DNA of 63,195 nt, counting the filler, from Sphacelaria rigidula (lineage: Eukaryota), in assembly GCA_964200075.2 (NCBI GenBank). It is 10 parts of 10 records of this genome, joined end to end, with 100 filler letters (N's around TTAATTAATTAA, not from the genome) between each part and the next. Parts side by side here need not be neighbours in the genome. Positions count along the whole stretch, not along the records: positions 44,310 to 50,538 come from CAXNAA020021365.1; positions 50,639 to 56,867 come from CAXNAA020021366.1; positions 56,968 to 63,195 come from CAXNAA020021367.1; 7 more parts are not named here. One strand, written 5' to 3'. The notes under the pieces were generated by a model, which saw only the letters and a program-made list of their open reading frames with translations, searched no databases and was not told where the DNA came from. Both the position numbers and the translations under genes were made by a program. Of the stretch, positions 50,194 to 61,400 are shown piece after piece. Numbering within the stretch: position 1 is the first letter of the stretch; each line of letters begins with the position of its first letter.

Positions 50194-51699
50194 TTAAACG
50201 ACATGTCGAGGAATTCCTACACGGTGCGGAGATAAGGTTCGTACTAAAAGTCTACATGAAACATTGAACGACGTATGCTGCGGACAATTACATTCCACGT
50301 GCCTGGGCTGCGCATGCCTGGGGTTGCAACCCAGAAAACAAAGCCCAAGGACTGATTCGTACGGTACGAATCAATTACACTACAATTAAATAATTTCAGG
50401 ACGACTCATCCATTCGTCCGACCCTTGCAGTTTCTGTTGCAATAAACCCCGCTGCCCCCTCCCCCCCCCCCCCCCCCAAGCACCGCCGCCAGTAACCCAC
50501 GTGCCGCCTTTTTTTTCTTTTTTTTTGATTTGGTGGTGNNNNNNNNNNNNNNNNNNNNNNNNNNNNNNNNNNNNNNNNNNNNTTAATTAATTAANNNNNN
50601 NNNNNNNNNNNNNNNNNNNNNNNNNNNNNNNNNNNNNNTGTTGCTTGCCTTAGTCGTTTGACCATTGACGACGCATCCCTTTCGAGACGGAGCAGCTCCC
50701 GGGGGGGGGGGTCAACTCAAAAAAACTGCATGAGCAATTGGCCGTTTGTGCGCTGAAGTATACACATGTACGCAGAACCCCCTTTATTACTTGATTTTAG
50801 TATCCTACCGACGCTTAAATAGACCGTTCGGGATCATCTTTTCCAGCTATCCAACGAAAATTTGTACGAAAGTTCCCTGGACTACCTCGAGACGAGTCAA
50901 ATTTGAATTATATACCGGCTCCTGTGAGTTTCAACGCTGGGGACCCTCGGAAGTTGGTGGAGAGCGGATATACTTCGAAATATTCAACAATCTTGTCTCC
51001 CATTCGTAGTACCCATATCCACCAAACTGTCAAGTTTGAGGATGCTCGGAGCTTTTTCACGAAAGTTACAGGGTGAAACATCAAGAGGCTTCTAATCATG
51101 GAAAATCCCACGATGCCAAAACCCCAAATCACCGAAATTCCAGGTTTTGGGATGTAACTCGATCCCACACAAACCGTTTCAAATATAGATGTTTTGCGTT
51201 AGAGTCCCTAGCTGACTGATGGCGGTTAACAAGGTTTGATTCGTGATGAGATTGGGTACAAATTGAGTCGGGAATTCGCATTTTTAAGTTAAAAAAAAAT
51301 TGAAGGCCGCCGATTGGCCAAGAAACATTTTCACCACCACCGCCACGGCCAAGGACTCAATAAAAAAATATGGTCTTGTTACATTGTTCGCTTGCTCATC
51401 AGGGTCAGTCACTATGACACCAAATGTGTTTCTATTGGGTCGGTTTTGCGTTCTGTATCTAGTGGGGAATAATTTTTGGGCATTCACCCTGAACCAGCTT
51501 GTATATATATATACATATATACATGTACATAAAACCATCATATTCAAAAATCAGCAAAATCGATCAATCAAAATATATATACATATATGTATGAAGATAT
51601 AAACTTCCAAACCAACAAAACCAATCAATCAAAATACGGAATATATATATATATCAAGACATCGACTTTTAAAAACATGGACAAACACGATATTCGATC

Positions 51700-52120
51700 C
51701 AATGTGTCACAATCAGCAACAAAAAAAAATCAAATCCACCACTTTGATGGGCTACTGTTGTACCCGTTCAACACTACCGGAACGCCGCGGCTTTACATCA
51801 GCCCTCCAACCCCCTCCCCGCCCCCCCCTTCCCCTCCTTGAATCGGGTCCGCAGTATCGAGGGACCAACCCATCTCTCCAAAGGAATTCGCCTTGTACTT
51901 GATTCTAAAGCACAAAGCGAATTCCTGTGGAGAGATGGGGTGATCGCTCAAGACTGCGGATTTGAGTCAAGGAGAGGAAGGGGGGGGGGAGGGGAAGGGG
52001 GGGAGGAGGGGGAGGTGAGGGCTTATGTGAAGCCGCGGTGTTTCGATAGTTTCAACTGGTACAACAGTAGCCTATTAAGGCGGGAGGATTCATTTGATTT
52101 GATCGATTGGTTGTCGCACA
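51700..52120. repeat. Diverged ~420-bp inverted repeat
   Basis: GGCTACTGTTGTACC / GGTACAACAGTAGCC and CCCATCTCTCCA / TGGAGAGATGGG pairs, centred near 51903. Confidence 0.7.
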
Positions 52121-52586
52121 TCAACTGATCCCCGTACAGGGACCCAGCCGTGGTCATTGTCCATAACATAGACGTACGTGACAAAAGCATTGCAAACGAA
52201 ATGCCAACGCTCGCTTCTGGCTGTAAAGAAAAAGAAGAAAGAAAAAAACAGGAACAAAAAACAGAAGAAAAAAAAAACGGAGCAAACAAACAGAGTAAAC
52301 TGATTATTTAGTAAAAACAGAAAAAAAAAAGTAAACAAAAAACGACCAAAAACAAAAGCAAAACAAAAGCAAAACAAAAGCAAAAGCAAAACAAAGTGGA
52401 ATGGGAAGGAAAGGAAAGGAAAGGAAAGGAAAAGGAAGGTAGCGAAAGGACTGGCACTTCCCCCTAGATTTGACCGTTCTTGACCGTTCCTGGACAAAAA
52501 TGCAAGTTTAAACAAAAAAAACTGCGGCCACCGGTAAACACAAGACGTGTCCCGAAACCGTCTCAACTAGTAGAGCAAGTCATTTC

Positions 52587-52716
52587 GAGGGATATACACG
52601 TTACACGTTCACGTTCACGGTACGTTCCGGATGTCACGTCAAAAAAATTAACGTTACGTTGAGTTAACGTGAACGTAACGTGTAACGCTGTGTCCCGTGT
52701 AACGTGTATATCCCCG
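52587..52716. mobile_element. 130-bp hAT-like MITE
   Basis: TIR GGGATATACACGTTACACG; perfect 8-bp TSD GTCATTTC at 52579-52586 and 52717-52724. Confidence 0.8.
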
Positions 52717-52794
52717 GTCATTTCAAGGTGTCGGTATCCGCCTACAATAGCTCTCGATTAGGGCGTCAAACGACTACACCCTGGATAGTGAGTG

Positions 52795-53370
52795 ACAATA
52801 GATTACATCGTCGAGAATTGTACTGCGTACAGTGTGGAATCTATTGTTGATTGCAATAGATGCAACAGTCGATACTGTGCCTAGTATAGTTTTTGATAAA
52901 TGTAATATTTTGTGATTATCCAGGATCTACAAGCGACGCGAAAGGGAAAAAAGGCAGTTCAAGAAGTTTTTTTTTTTTCGTTTCGCCATAAAAAGTGGCC
53001 TTACGCGAGTGTTTCGGTTTTGTTTTACCTCGGCTCCGTCCGTACGTACGTGCATAATAATAGCGCCAATGTCCATTTTTTTCTTATGTATCAAAATGTT
53101 GCATAATAAGAAATAAAAAGAGAGAAATCATTGGAGAAAACAAAGTCATGTATATCATAATTCGCGACTTTTTTCGTTGAACAAACACTAAATCTACAAA
53201 TAAATGAAAAAAATATCAATAATCATCACGACTGTGTAGCACACCCTAGACAATGACTGTAGATTACATTGTCAAAAGGTGTACTGCGTACAGCATTCAA
53301 TCTATTGTCTACTGCAATAGACACAATGGTCGATACTGTACGCGGTACAATTTGTGACAAAGTGATCTAT
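52795..53370 (+). repeat. Diverged ~110-bp direct repeats about 460 bp apart
   Basis: TAGATTACAT.GTC...TGTACTGCGTACAG....AATCTATTGT...TGCAATAGA...GTCGATACTGT at ~52799 and ~53259. Confidence 0.6.
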
Positions 53371-53434
53371 TGTCACTATATAGAACTTCATCTTGTGACC
53401 ATGTATTCAGTCCCTTGGGGATCAGTTCGTATGC

Positions 53435-53474
<40 letters not shown>

Positions 53475-53838
53475 CTCAATCAATCACTCAATCAATCACT
53501 CAATCAATCACTCACTCACTCGGGGCGTGTCTTAGCACCTTTTCTTTTCGATCGAAAAAGTGCGGTTGAAGACAAAAATCCTGATCTGATAGGTCGTAAT
53601 TTCAACCATCGTCGTTTATTTTGAAGATTGTTGAAATCATGACCTATCAGATCAGGATTCTTGTTTTCCACCGCACTTTTTCGATCGAAAACTTATGTGG
53701 TAAGACACGGCCTTACTCAATCGAGCAATCGAGCAATCGAGCAATCGAGCAATCAATCAAGCAATCACTCAATCACTCAATCACTCAATCAATAGTCAAT
53801 CATTCGTTCAACCAACCGATCGATCGACCGATCAATTA
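53435..53838 (+). repeat. (CAAT/CACT)n microsatellite split by a foldback MITE at 53523-53712
   Basis: Tetranucleotide runs on both sides of a 190-bp palindrome ending AAGACACGGCC|TTA. Confidence 0.8.
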
Positions 53839-53864
53839 AATCCAGGGCCGTGCTCTATAGGGTA

Positions 53865-54210
53865 CTTGAAAAAATTATACTTCGTATGTATGAGGGCAAT
53901 GGCCTAGAAAAGGTATACCTTCTCGTTTCTTTGCCCAAGAAAGGTACGAAAAATGGACAGAAACGCGAAAACAGCAACACACGCCATGTAGACCGTTTTC
54001 GCTACGGATTTTTCAAGCGCATCATTCAGGGGGGCCATTGGCACCATTGGCACCCGGACCTCGAGAAAAAACGGGACATATACATACGTCACTCGAGAGA
54101 TATGGCCAAGCGAGAACGGACGTCTCGCCTCCAGAAATCGCTTACCTTTTGCAGGCCAAATTTCGACCAGGTATATCTCACCTAAGAATTATTTTTCAAT
54201 CGTACCTTAT
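53865..54210. mobile_element. Possible MITE with imperfect TIRs
   Basis: ATAGGGTACTTGAAAAAATTAT versus ATTATTTTTCAATCGTACCTTAT. Confidence 0.4.
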
Positions 54211-54214
54211 CCGG

Positions 54215-55700
54215 GCCACCGATCGGCCGAGAACGTACCTGTGCCAGGCCATCGCTCTCTACACTGTATCTGATGCGGCACATCGCGCCCAAGGGAGTCT
54301 ACTTGCCAACTTCAACCATGACGCCCACACATTCGGCTCTTTTCCCGCTCCTTTGCCGTTCACGGACGCCACAACGACCACGCCCCTTTCTCCCTGGAAA
54401 TGGTTCCCGAGTCTCTCCGCATCGACACCATAACTGGACTCACAACTCACAGCGCGTCGGTCTTTTGTGATGCGGCGGGTTGTGAAAGACCACCGGTCCG
54501 TTGCGATCCCGGGGCTGGTGGGCAAAAAATGTATCCACCGCCAGCGGTGGAAATAAGAATCCACCCCCATCTTTCATTATGATCGATCCCGCGTCGTATT
54601 TTTTAATTCGGGAGCCCACGTTTTTTTAATCTGATGCCCGCCACGGATGTTCGCAACCAAAGTAAAGCCTTCAGGTGTACCGTAGTGTAGGCAGTAGTCA
54701 GTAGTAATATCCTCAGCATCTGCATCCACTGCCATGTACGTGCGTCAGCATGGAGCCTTAAACCCTGCCGTGAAGACGGTATAGTACCGTACTGTATTGG
54801 CAAAGCACAGCTACCTACTGTGCACGCGAGTACAACATTTCACTACTGTACTGTCTGGCTTGCAGATTACCGCCTGTACTCGGACATGCAGTAGTACAAG
54901 GTTGCAAGTACAGGCTGCAGTTGTGCCGTGATTGCGAAGCACAGCCTGTACTTGTAATGTCGTACTGTTCGCAAAATCCGCGGCCTGTACTTGTATTTAC
55001 TCATGTGCCCTGCTGGAACACCCTGGCGCTGCTTGGTACTACTGTTATACCGTAAAGTCTACATCGCACTGTTTGTATTGTGCCCATCATCTCGATAAAA
55101 AAAAGATCTCTTCCACGGTACCACCGGATGATGAAAGATCGGAGTGGGTTTTTTTCCGTCGTGCTTCACAGTATTGACTCGTGCTTACCGTTCCCCTTGA
55201 ATCGTGCGATCACTTTTAATAGACGTTTAGACTCATGCGGAGGGGGGTTGCCCATTTTGGCCCAGATGTTCATCATCGAGAGACTCTCAAAGTCGCGAGC
55301 ACAGTAGGTAGCTGTGCTTTGCCAATACCGTACAGTACTATACCGTCTTCACGGCAGGGTTTAAGGCTGCATGCAGATGCACGTGCATGGCAGTGGATGC
55401 AGACGCTGAGGATATGACTACTGACTATTGCCTGCACTACGGTGCACGTGAAGGCTTCACGTTGGTTGCGAGCATCCGTAACGGGCATCAGATTAAAAAA
55501 ACGTGGGCTCCCGACTTGAAAAAAACGACGCGGGATTGATCTTAATGAAAGTCGGGTGGATTCTTATTTCCACCGCTGGCGTTGGATAAACCTCTTGCCG
55601 GGCTCGTGTGAGGGTGAAGCTAGACTCTTCCGTCACCAACGGGCGGTTGTCGCATCATCGATGGTTGGTTCAAGCAACGGATACAGTACTGTACTCACGC
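54215..55700 (-). pseudogene. Mutator (MULE) transposase core fragment interrupted by a MITE
   Basis: YGVDAERLGNHFQG..VVVASVNG...W..WLKL...ASD...AWHRY resembles the MULE DDE core; inverted copy at 56560-56867. Confidence 0.5.
54521..55599. mobile_element. Non-autonomous Mutator-like element with ~310-bp TIRs and a 9-bp TSD
   Basis: 54521-54830 is inverted relative to ~55295-55599; TSD GGGCTGGTG/GGGCTCGTG; the empty site is visible at ~56650. Confidence 0.88.
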
Positions 55701-56229
55701 ACACCCCACCGAGCCCGCGTGAATAGTCCTTGGGAGTACTTGAAACTGCTCAATTAACCCGAACATCACGACACCCATCTTCTTTCCTCCTTCGCTGCTA
55801 CAATGATGTAGTAGCGGGTGGACCGCCTCAGAAGCTCACTTTATTTCAGCTCGTTCGAACTGACGATACATGACAGGTTGTGCCAGTAGGGGCAACAGGC
55901 GTTGGGCTTCAAATGTTCATGGTTGATATTACTTGATTAGAGTGTGCACAACGAGAATCGGATGTTTGGTACGGCTGACAGTCCCGTGTGCTCCTCGTGT
56001 GCGCAGAACGCTTTTTCGTCGAAATCGGCGCCACAGAAGCCGATTTTGGGGTCTGCAAAGGCCGCACTTTGCCGAGGGAACGCTATGTACCGGCCTTGTC
56101 CGAGGGTTCTCGGTTTGCGTTGGGTTAGGGTTACAATGAGGGGTAGCGATACTTGTAAAATTGGTCGAAACAAGATCTCGGAACACGTGCACACCAATCA
56201 CCAACGCCCAGCGAGAAGCTCGGATTATG

Positions 56230-56867
56230 TCCGCCAAATATATGTCTGCTGACGGGCCCGTACATGGACCTCCTCGCTGGAAGGTGGCTAAGGTGTCTGC
56301 CGGCGACATCTATGCCTGTAAGCAAACTTTCACGAAGGCTTTTACGCAAATACTGCTGTCGGATAGCTGCAGCTTAAAATTCGGCCCAGACGGCAGCAGG
56401 CAAGCTGTGTATCGCTGTCAGGGGCAGGATATCGATGAGGACAAGAAAGATATCGGGCGTATGTTCTGCATCGATGGTTGAAAGCGCGGGCGCACGTTGC
56501 TGTGCACTCTAGTGCTGAACGCCATTAGTGTTATGTTCCTACTTCGTATATCCATATGCGTGACCGCCAGCACTGTATCCGTTGCTTGAACCAACCATCG
56601 ATGATGCAACAACCGCCCGTTGGTGATGGAAGAGCCTAGCTTGACCCTGACACCAGCCCCGGGATCGCAACGGACCGGTGGTGTTTCACAACCCGCCGCA
56701 TCACAAAAGACCGACGCGCTGTGAGTTGTGAGTCCAGTTATGGTGTCGATGCGGAGAGACTCGGGAACCATTTCCAGGGAGAAAGGGGCGTGGTCGTTGT
56801 GGCGTCCGTGAACGGCAAAGGAGCGGGAAAAGAGCCGAATGTGTGGGCGTCATGGTTGAAGTTGGCA
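56230..56867 (+). pseudogene. Decayed MULE transposase, N-terminal MuDR-type domain and core start
   Basis: GDIYACKQTFTKAF...SRQAVYRCQG...C resembles the MuDR N-terminal domain and is followed by the GVDA core motif; frameshifted. Confidence 0.45.
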
Positions 56868-56967
56868 NNNNNNNNNNNNNNNNNNNNNNNNNNNNNNNNN
56901 NNNNNNNNNNNTTAATTAATTAANNNNNNNNNNNNNNNNNNNNNNNNNNNNNNNNNNNNNNNNNNNN

Positions 56968-57732
56968 GTGAAGACCTTCTTGACATGCAGAGTAAAAAAT
57001 GATGCCTATTGTGGTGACCTAACTGTTGCTAGCATCGTGCGGAGGGGTGCGTCAGCTGCGATCTAGAGCTTTCGTTGACCTACTCTACTGACTGCCTGCC
57101 GTCTGCACAGCAGAGCGTCTGCCTATAGAGGTCACACTGGGTATTGATATCACATGTTGTCACGTACCCAAATGCGGAACACCTTTGGAAACGAAAGAGT
57201 TCGTTTTTTCAAAGTACGTCGACATGGTTGAAATGACTCTCCTTACCCGAAGGACTGCGGCTTCCCCGTCCGCCCGCCAGGTTTGAACGAAGGACAGCTT
57301 AGGTTTTGAGACCGCATGTAACGGCCACGGGGGAACACAGAGTTTCTCGTCTATGAAAATGCCAGTCTTCCTACCTGCAAACAGTTTCATGCCCGTAAAG
57401 ATTCATAGCGCTGTTCGCACTATCTTCGAACGTTTGAACGGACCCAAAGCGGACACGTTCCATCGGGTAAGGAGAGTCATTTCAACCATGTCGACGTACT
57501 TTGAAACAATGAACTCTTTCGTTTCCAAAGGTGTTCCGCATTTGGGTACATGACAACATGTGATATCAATACCCAGTGTGACCTCTATAGGCAGACGTCT
57601 GCAGACGGGAGGTAGAGTAGGTCAACGAAAGCTCTAGATCGCAGCTGACGCACCCCTCTGCACGATGCTAGCAACAGTTAGGTCACCACAATAGGCATCA
57701 TTTTTTACTCTGCATGTCAAGAAGGTCTTCAC
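56968..57732. repeat. Long inverted repeat: ~280-bp arms, ~210-bp spacer, at a contig start
   Basis: GTGAAGACCTTCTTGACATGCAGAG... and ...CTCTGCATGTCAAGAAGGTCTTCAC; arms differ by a few substitutions and short indels. Confidence 0.9.
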
Positions 57733-58118
57733 AAGTGTATGATCTCTCGTGCACCCCCCCCAACTGGCGTGTGGTCAAGCGCCCGGTTGGGGGTGGGGGA
57801 CAATCGACGATGAGTAACACCCCCTAAGCTCATATTGGATCTATCTGTTTTTGCCACAGCACCGTCCTTGCGGGCATGTGTGTGACAGAGAACAGTAGTA
57901 GCGGTGACGGGGATATTGCCCTGTTTTTCAAGGACATGTTTTCAGCGCACAGAGGCGCGTGCTGTCCAGAAAGAGAGCCAGATAGAAATTGATCTTCGCA
58001 TCGGTGAGGTGCGCAGTCAAGACCAAGATACGACATCTCTCCGCAGCTTGGTATTTAGGCACAACATGGAAAATTGGGTACATGCTGGTGGTAACATCGA
58101 TGATGCCAGTCTCTCGAG
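57460..58118 (+). pseudogene. Possible MULE transposase C-terminal remnant with a SWIM-like zinc finger
   Basis: YFETMNSFVSKGVPHLG then, across frameshifts, ICFC and QHRPCGHVC (CxC...PCxH). Confidence 0.35.
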
Positions 58119-58413
58119 TGATTGGTAATCGCCGAGCGAGGACACACGAAAGACACGGGCGAGGAGTTTATTCTCTGTCGTTGCTTCTCTCTCTGGTGAT
58201 ATCGTCATCGACATGCGTGCACACCGCATTCGTTGGGCGCACCTAGCCCGAACTGCCCAACTCCTCCTGCGGTGTTTTGGAGGGAAAGGCTTTCCTTGTG
58301 TGTTACTGTTTGGTATTTTCCCAACAAAAACAATCTGCCAGTTGAACCTCATTGTTTTGTTCAACTCCAAAAATTAGGATCCGCTGTTCCGTCAGGAAAC
58401 GTCCTACCAAACG
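58119..58413 (-). repeat. 3' LTR of the copia element (~295 bp)
   Basis: On the minus strand the PPT GAGGGGAATG precedes (C)GTTTGGTAG...AATAAA...TTACCAATCA, giving inverted termini. Confidence 0.7.
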
Positions 58414-61400
58414 CATTCCCCTCAAAGTAGCGTGGGTGGCTCAACCCTAAATGTGCATCAATGCATCACTAACACCTGACAATACCCGGAGCTAGCACAA
58501 GGGTACACACAAAAACGTATCTACTTGTCACCTTCCAAGTTCATAAAGAAACGTCTGTGCCTCATAAACAGGTTGATCGAGAGAGGCTTCGTCAAAATAT
58601 CAGCATGCTGCCATCCTAAACCTACATGCACAACCCTGACCTTTCCCGTCCCCACCAGCTCTCGAATGAAGTGATATCTTACGTCGATTTGCTTACTGCT
58701 CTCGGATCTGAGGAGATTTTCGGCCAGAGCTTTTGCTCCCTCGTTGTCCTCGTACAAAACAATACCGTGGTCCTCCCCGCATCCCGACACAGTCTGAGGT
58801 CGCAGGAACGTCAACACTGCCTTTATGAACAGTCCCTCCTTTGCCCCCTCGACCATTGCGACATACTCTGCCTCCGTAGTTGACACAGTCACACAGTGTT
58901 GCGTGCGGCTCGTTGCTAATACCACCACACCACCGTACATTACGGCTATCCTTGAGACCGAACGCCTATCCGTTTCCTTTTTGGCGTAGTCTGCATCGCA
59001 GTAAACTGAAAGCCTTTCATGTCCTTTCTTGAACGTAAATCCAAACTTCTTCATCTGATTAAGGTACTCGAGCACTTTCACCATAGCTCACCAGTGCCTC
59101 TCGCACGAATCATGCGACTGGCGAGCGAGCGCTTGTACTGAATTTGCGATGTCAGGTCCAGTGACTGTTGCCCGCCACATCAGTCCCCCAACTGCGTTAC
59201 GATATGGGCGATTCACCACTGTGTCTTCGCCCGTTGTCGGCCCCAACTTTACAGAAACAGAGGCAGGGATTTCCGAGTACCCCCTCACCTCAAAACACTT
59301 CAGGAGCGTATCCGTAAACGTGGTTTGCGTCACAGACAGCGTGTCTCTATCCCAGTCTCTATCCACTGCACACCCCACGTACCATGTGGCCTCTCCTAGA
59401 TTATTCGTAGGAAAATGTTTGTTCAGGATGTTGCCCACCTTTCCCACGTGTTCCTCAGAACCACCGATAAGAATGTCGTCCAAATGGACAGCTAAAATCA
59501 CATGCACGTCTCCTGCATCCTCCATCCTGAAAGCACAAGGGTCAGCCTCAAACTGCACCATCCCGACATACTCCAGTAAAGTTTGGCACAGAAGACGAGA
59601 CCACTGCCCACCCGCTTGCTTGATCCCGTAAATAGATTTTTCCAGCTTCACGGTCACGTCTGTCAGAACGGAGCATCCTTCAGGCAGCCTCATGAACACG
59701 TCTGTGTCCATCTCTGCTTGGACGAAAGCCTGTGTCACGTCAGAATGATCTAGCGGCCACTCTTCCTGAACTGCCACTGCCATGACCAGTTGGATGGAGG
59801 CCATGGAGGGCGTTGTCGCGAAAGTCTCGAAATGGTCGACTGCAAAACGTTGAAAGAATCCTCGTGCTACCAAGCTTGTCTTTGCCTTTGTTATAGTACC
59901 ATCTGCGTCAGTTTTCCAAGTATAAACCCACTTCGCTGAAACCACGGTATCTCCTTCTGGTACAGGGCCAGTCGAAAATGTTCCAGCCTTTTCATGACCT
60001 CCTAGTTCGGCCTGCATCGCGCCTAGCCATGCCTTTCGAGGCTCTGATTTTGCTATGTCATCCATACTGGTGGGTCCTGCCTCTATTTCGCTTACATGTA
60101 GGCCACTCGGTGAACGCAAACCGAATTCAGGCTGCCCTACTTTGTTTTCCTCAGCACCAAAACAAAAAAACTCGTTTTCGGCTGACTCGTTTTGGATCGA
60201 GGCGATTGAGTCTTGTCCTGCCACCTGTCCTGCTCCCGCGGTGATCATCTCCATGATTGAGCATTTATTTGTCGTCGGCCATTGCCGCTAGCGCCATCTC
60301 CGCTTCTTTTCTGCTCTCCTCCGCTCCGCTGGCCACCAGCGTTCCGCCTCGTGTGTGTGCCGACCCCATGGCCTCGCGCGTTTGGCTCCTCGTACGCCCC
60401 GCCCTTGGTGTTGGTAACTCGTCGGCCCACGCAAGACGGCGTTGTTCGGTCCTCGGAAGTTGAGGAGCGTCACCGCCCCCCCCGCCGTGTTGCGAGGGAC
60501 TCGTGGAAGAGGGTGACAGTGCTGGCGACGAGGGAGTGTTTGATGCCGATGTGAGCGTCGGCGCAGGTGTCGGCGTCGGCGTAGGTGTTGGCGTAGGTAT
60601 CGGCATCTGCGCTGGTGTCGGCGTCGGCGCTGATGTTGGCGTTGGTGGTGATGATGATGATTCCAGCTCCGCCTCACCCCCCTCCGTTGACAAAATCTGG
60701 AACGGGGATCTCTGGTATCGCCCCGCCCCCGCCCCCCCTTCCCAGGGATGGTGAAGGCACTTCGCCCCCTCCACTACTGACGGGGATCTGCGGTGCTGCT
60801 CCGCCCCTCCCACCAACGGAACTCGGCGGGGAGGACGGTGTACTCGAGGAGCCGCTGGGCGAGATGTCCACTGTCGAGCTTTCAATCCATTCCTCACCCA
60901 GTCCCAGGGCTTGATCGACGTTGGAATCCTTCAGCTCGCCCGGCGTCTGGATCGCTTGCTGTAGTGTGCGGGGGGGGGGTGGCGGACGTACTTGCCCATG
61001 TTACATGTCTTGTCACGGTAATAGTTCCTCGTACAGTCAAACTCGCACCGCGTCACGTGGGTAGCCGGAGGCTGGGCTCAAATACCAGCATTTTCCCGCC
61101 TTCAGCTGTACTTTGCTTGTCCACTTCCTCTTACAAAACCCAGGCTTCAAGAACGGTATGAGATGCCCGTCCGGTGGTGATCCATCATACCACATATCGT
61201 GCGGTGATTTGTGGTTCGGGTTAGCCGAGGTGGCGGTACAGTTCAGGGCGTGACACGCCCAGTTTGCCTGTTCGGCCCACAGGCTGTCACCGTTTGGGGT
61301 GCGCTCATCTGGGTACAGCTCAGATGCTTGGGTCTTGGCCGCAAGGCCTGCTGTTTCAATGATACCCAACGCTCGCTCTGCAAAACCGTTGAGCTGGGCT

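Noticed and set aside
52090..52566. 158-aa Phe-rich membrane protein ORF
   Set aside because: Translation of A-rich low-complexity and (GGAAA)n sequence
56121..56133. Telomeric repeat
   Set aside because: Only about two TTAGGG-like units, internal to a repeat region
56230..58118. One continuous MULE transposase across the linker
   Set aside because: The domain order is suggestive, but the linker joins size-sorted contigs, so continuity cannot be claimed
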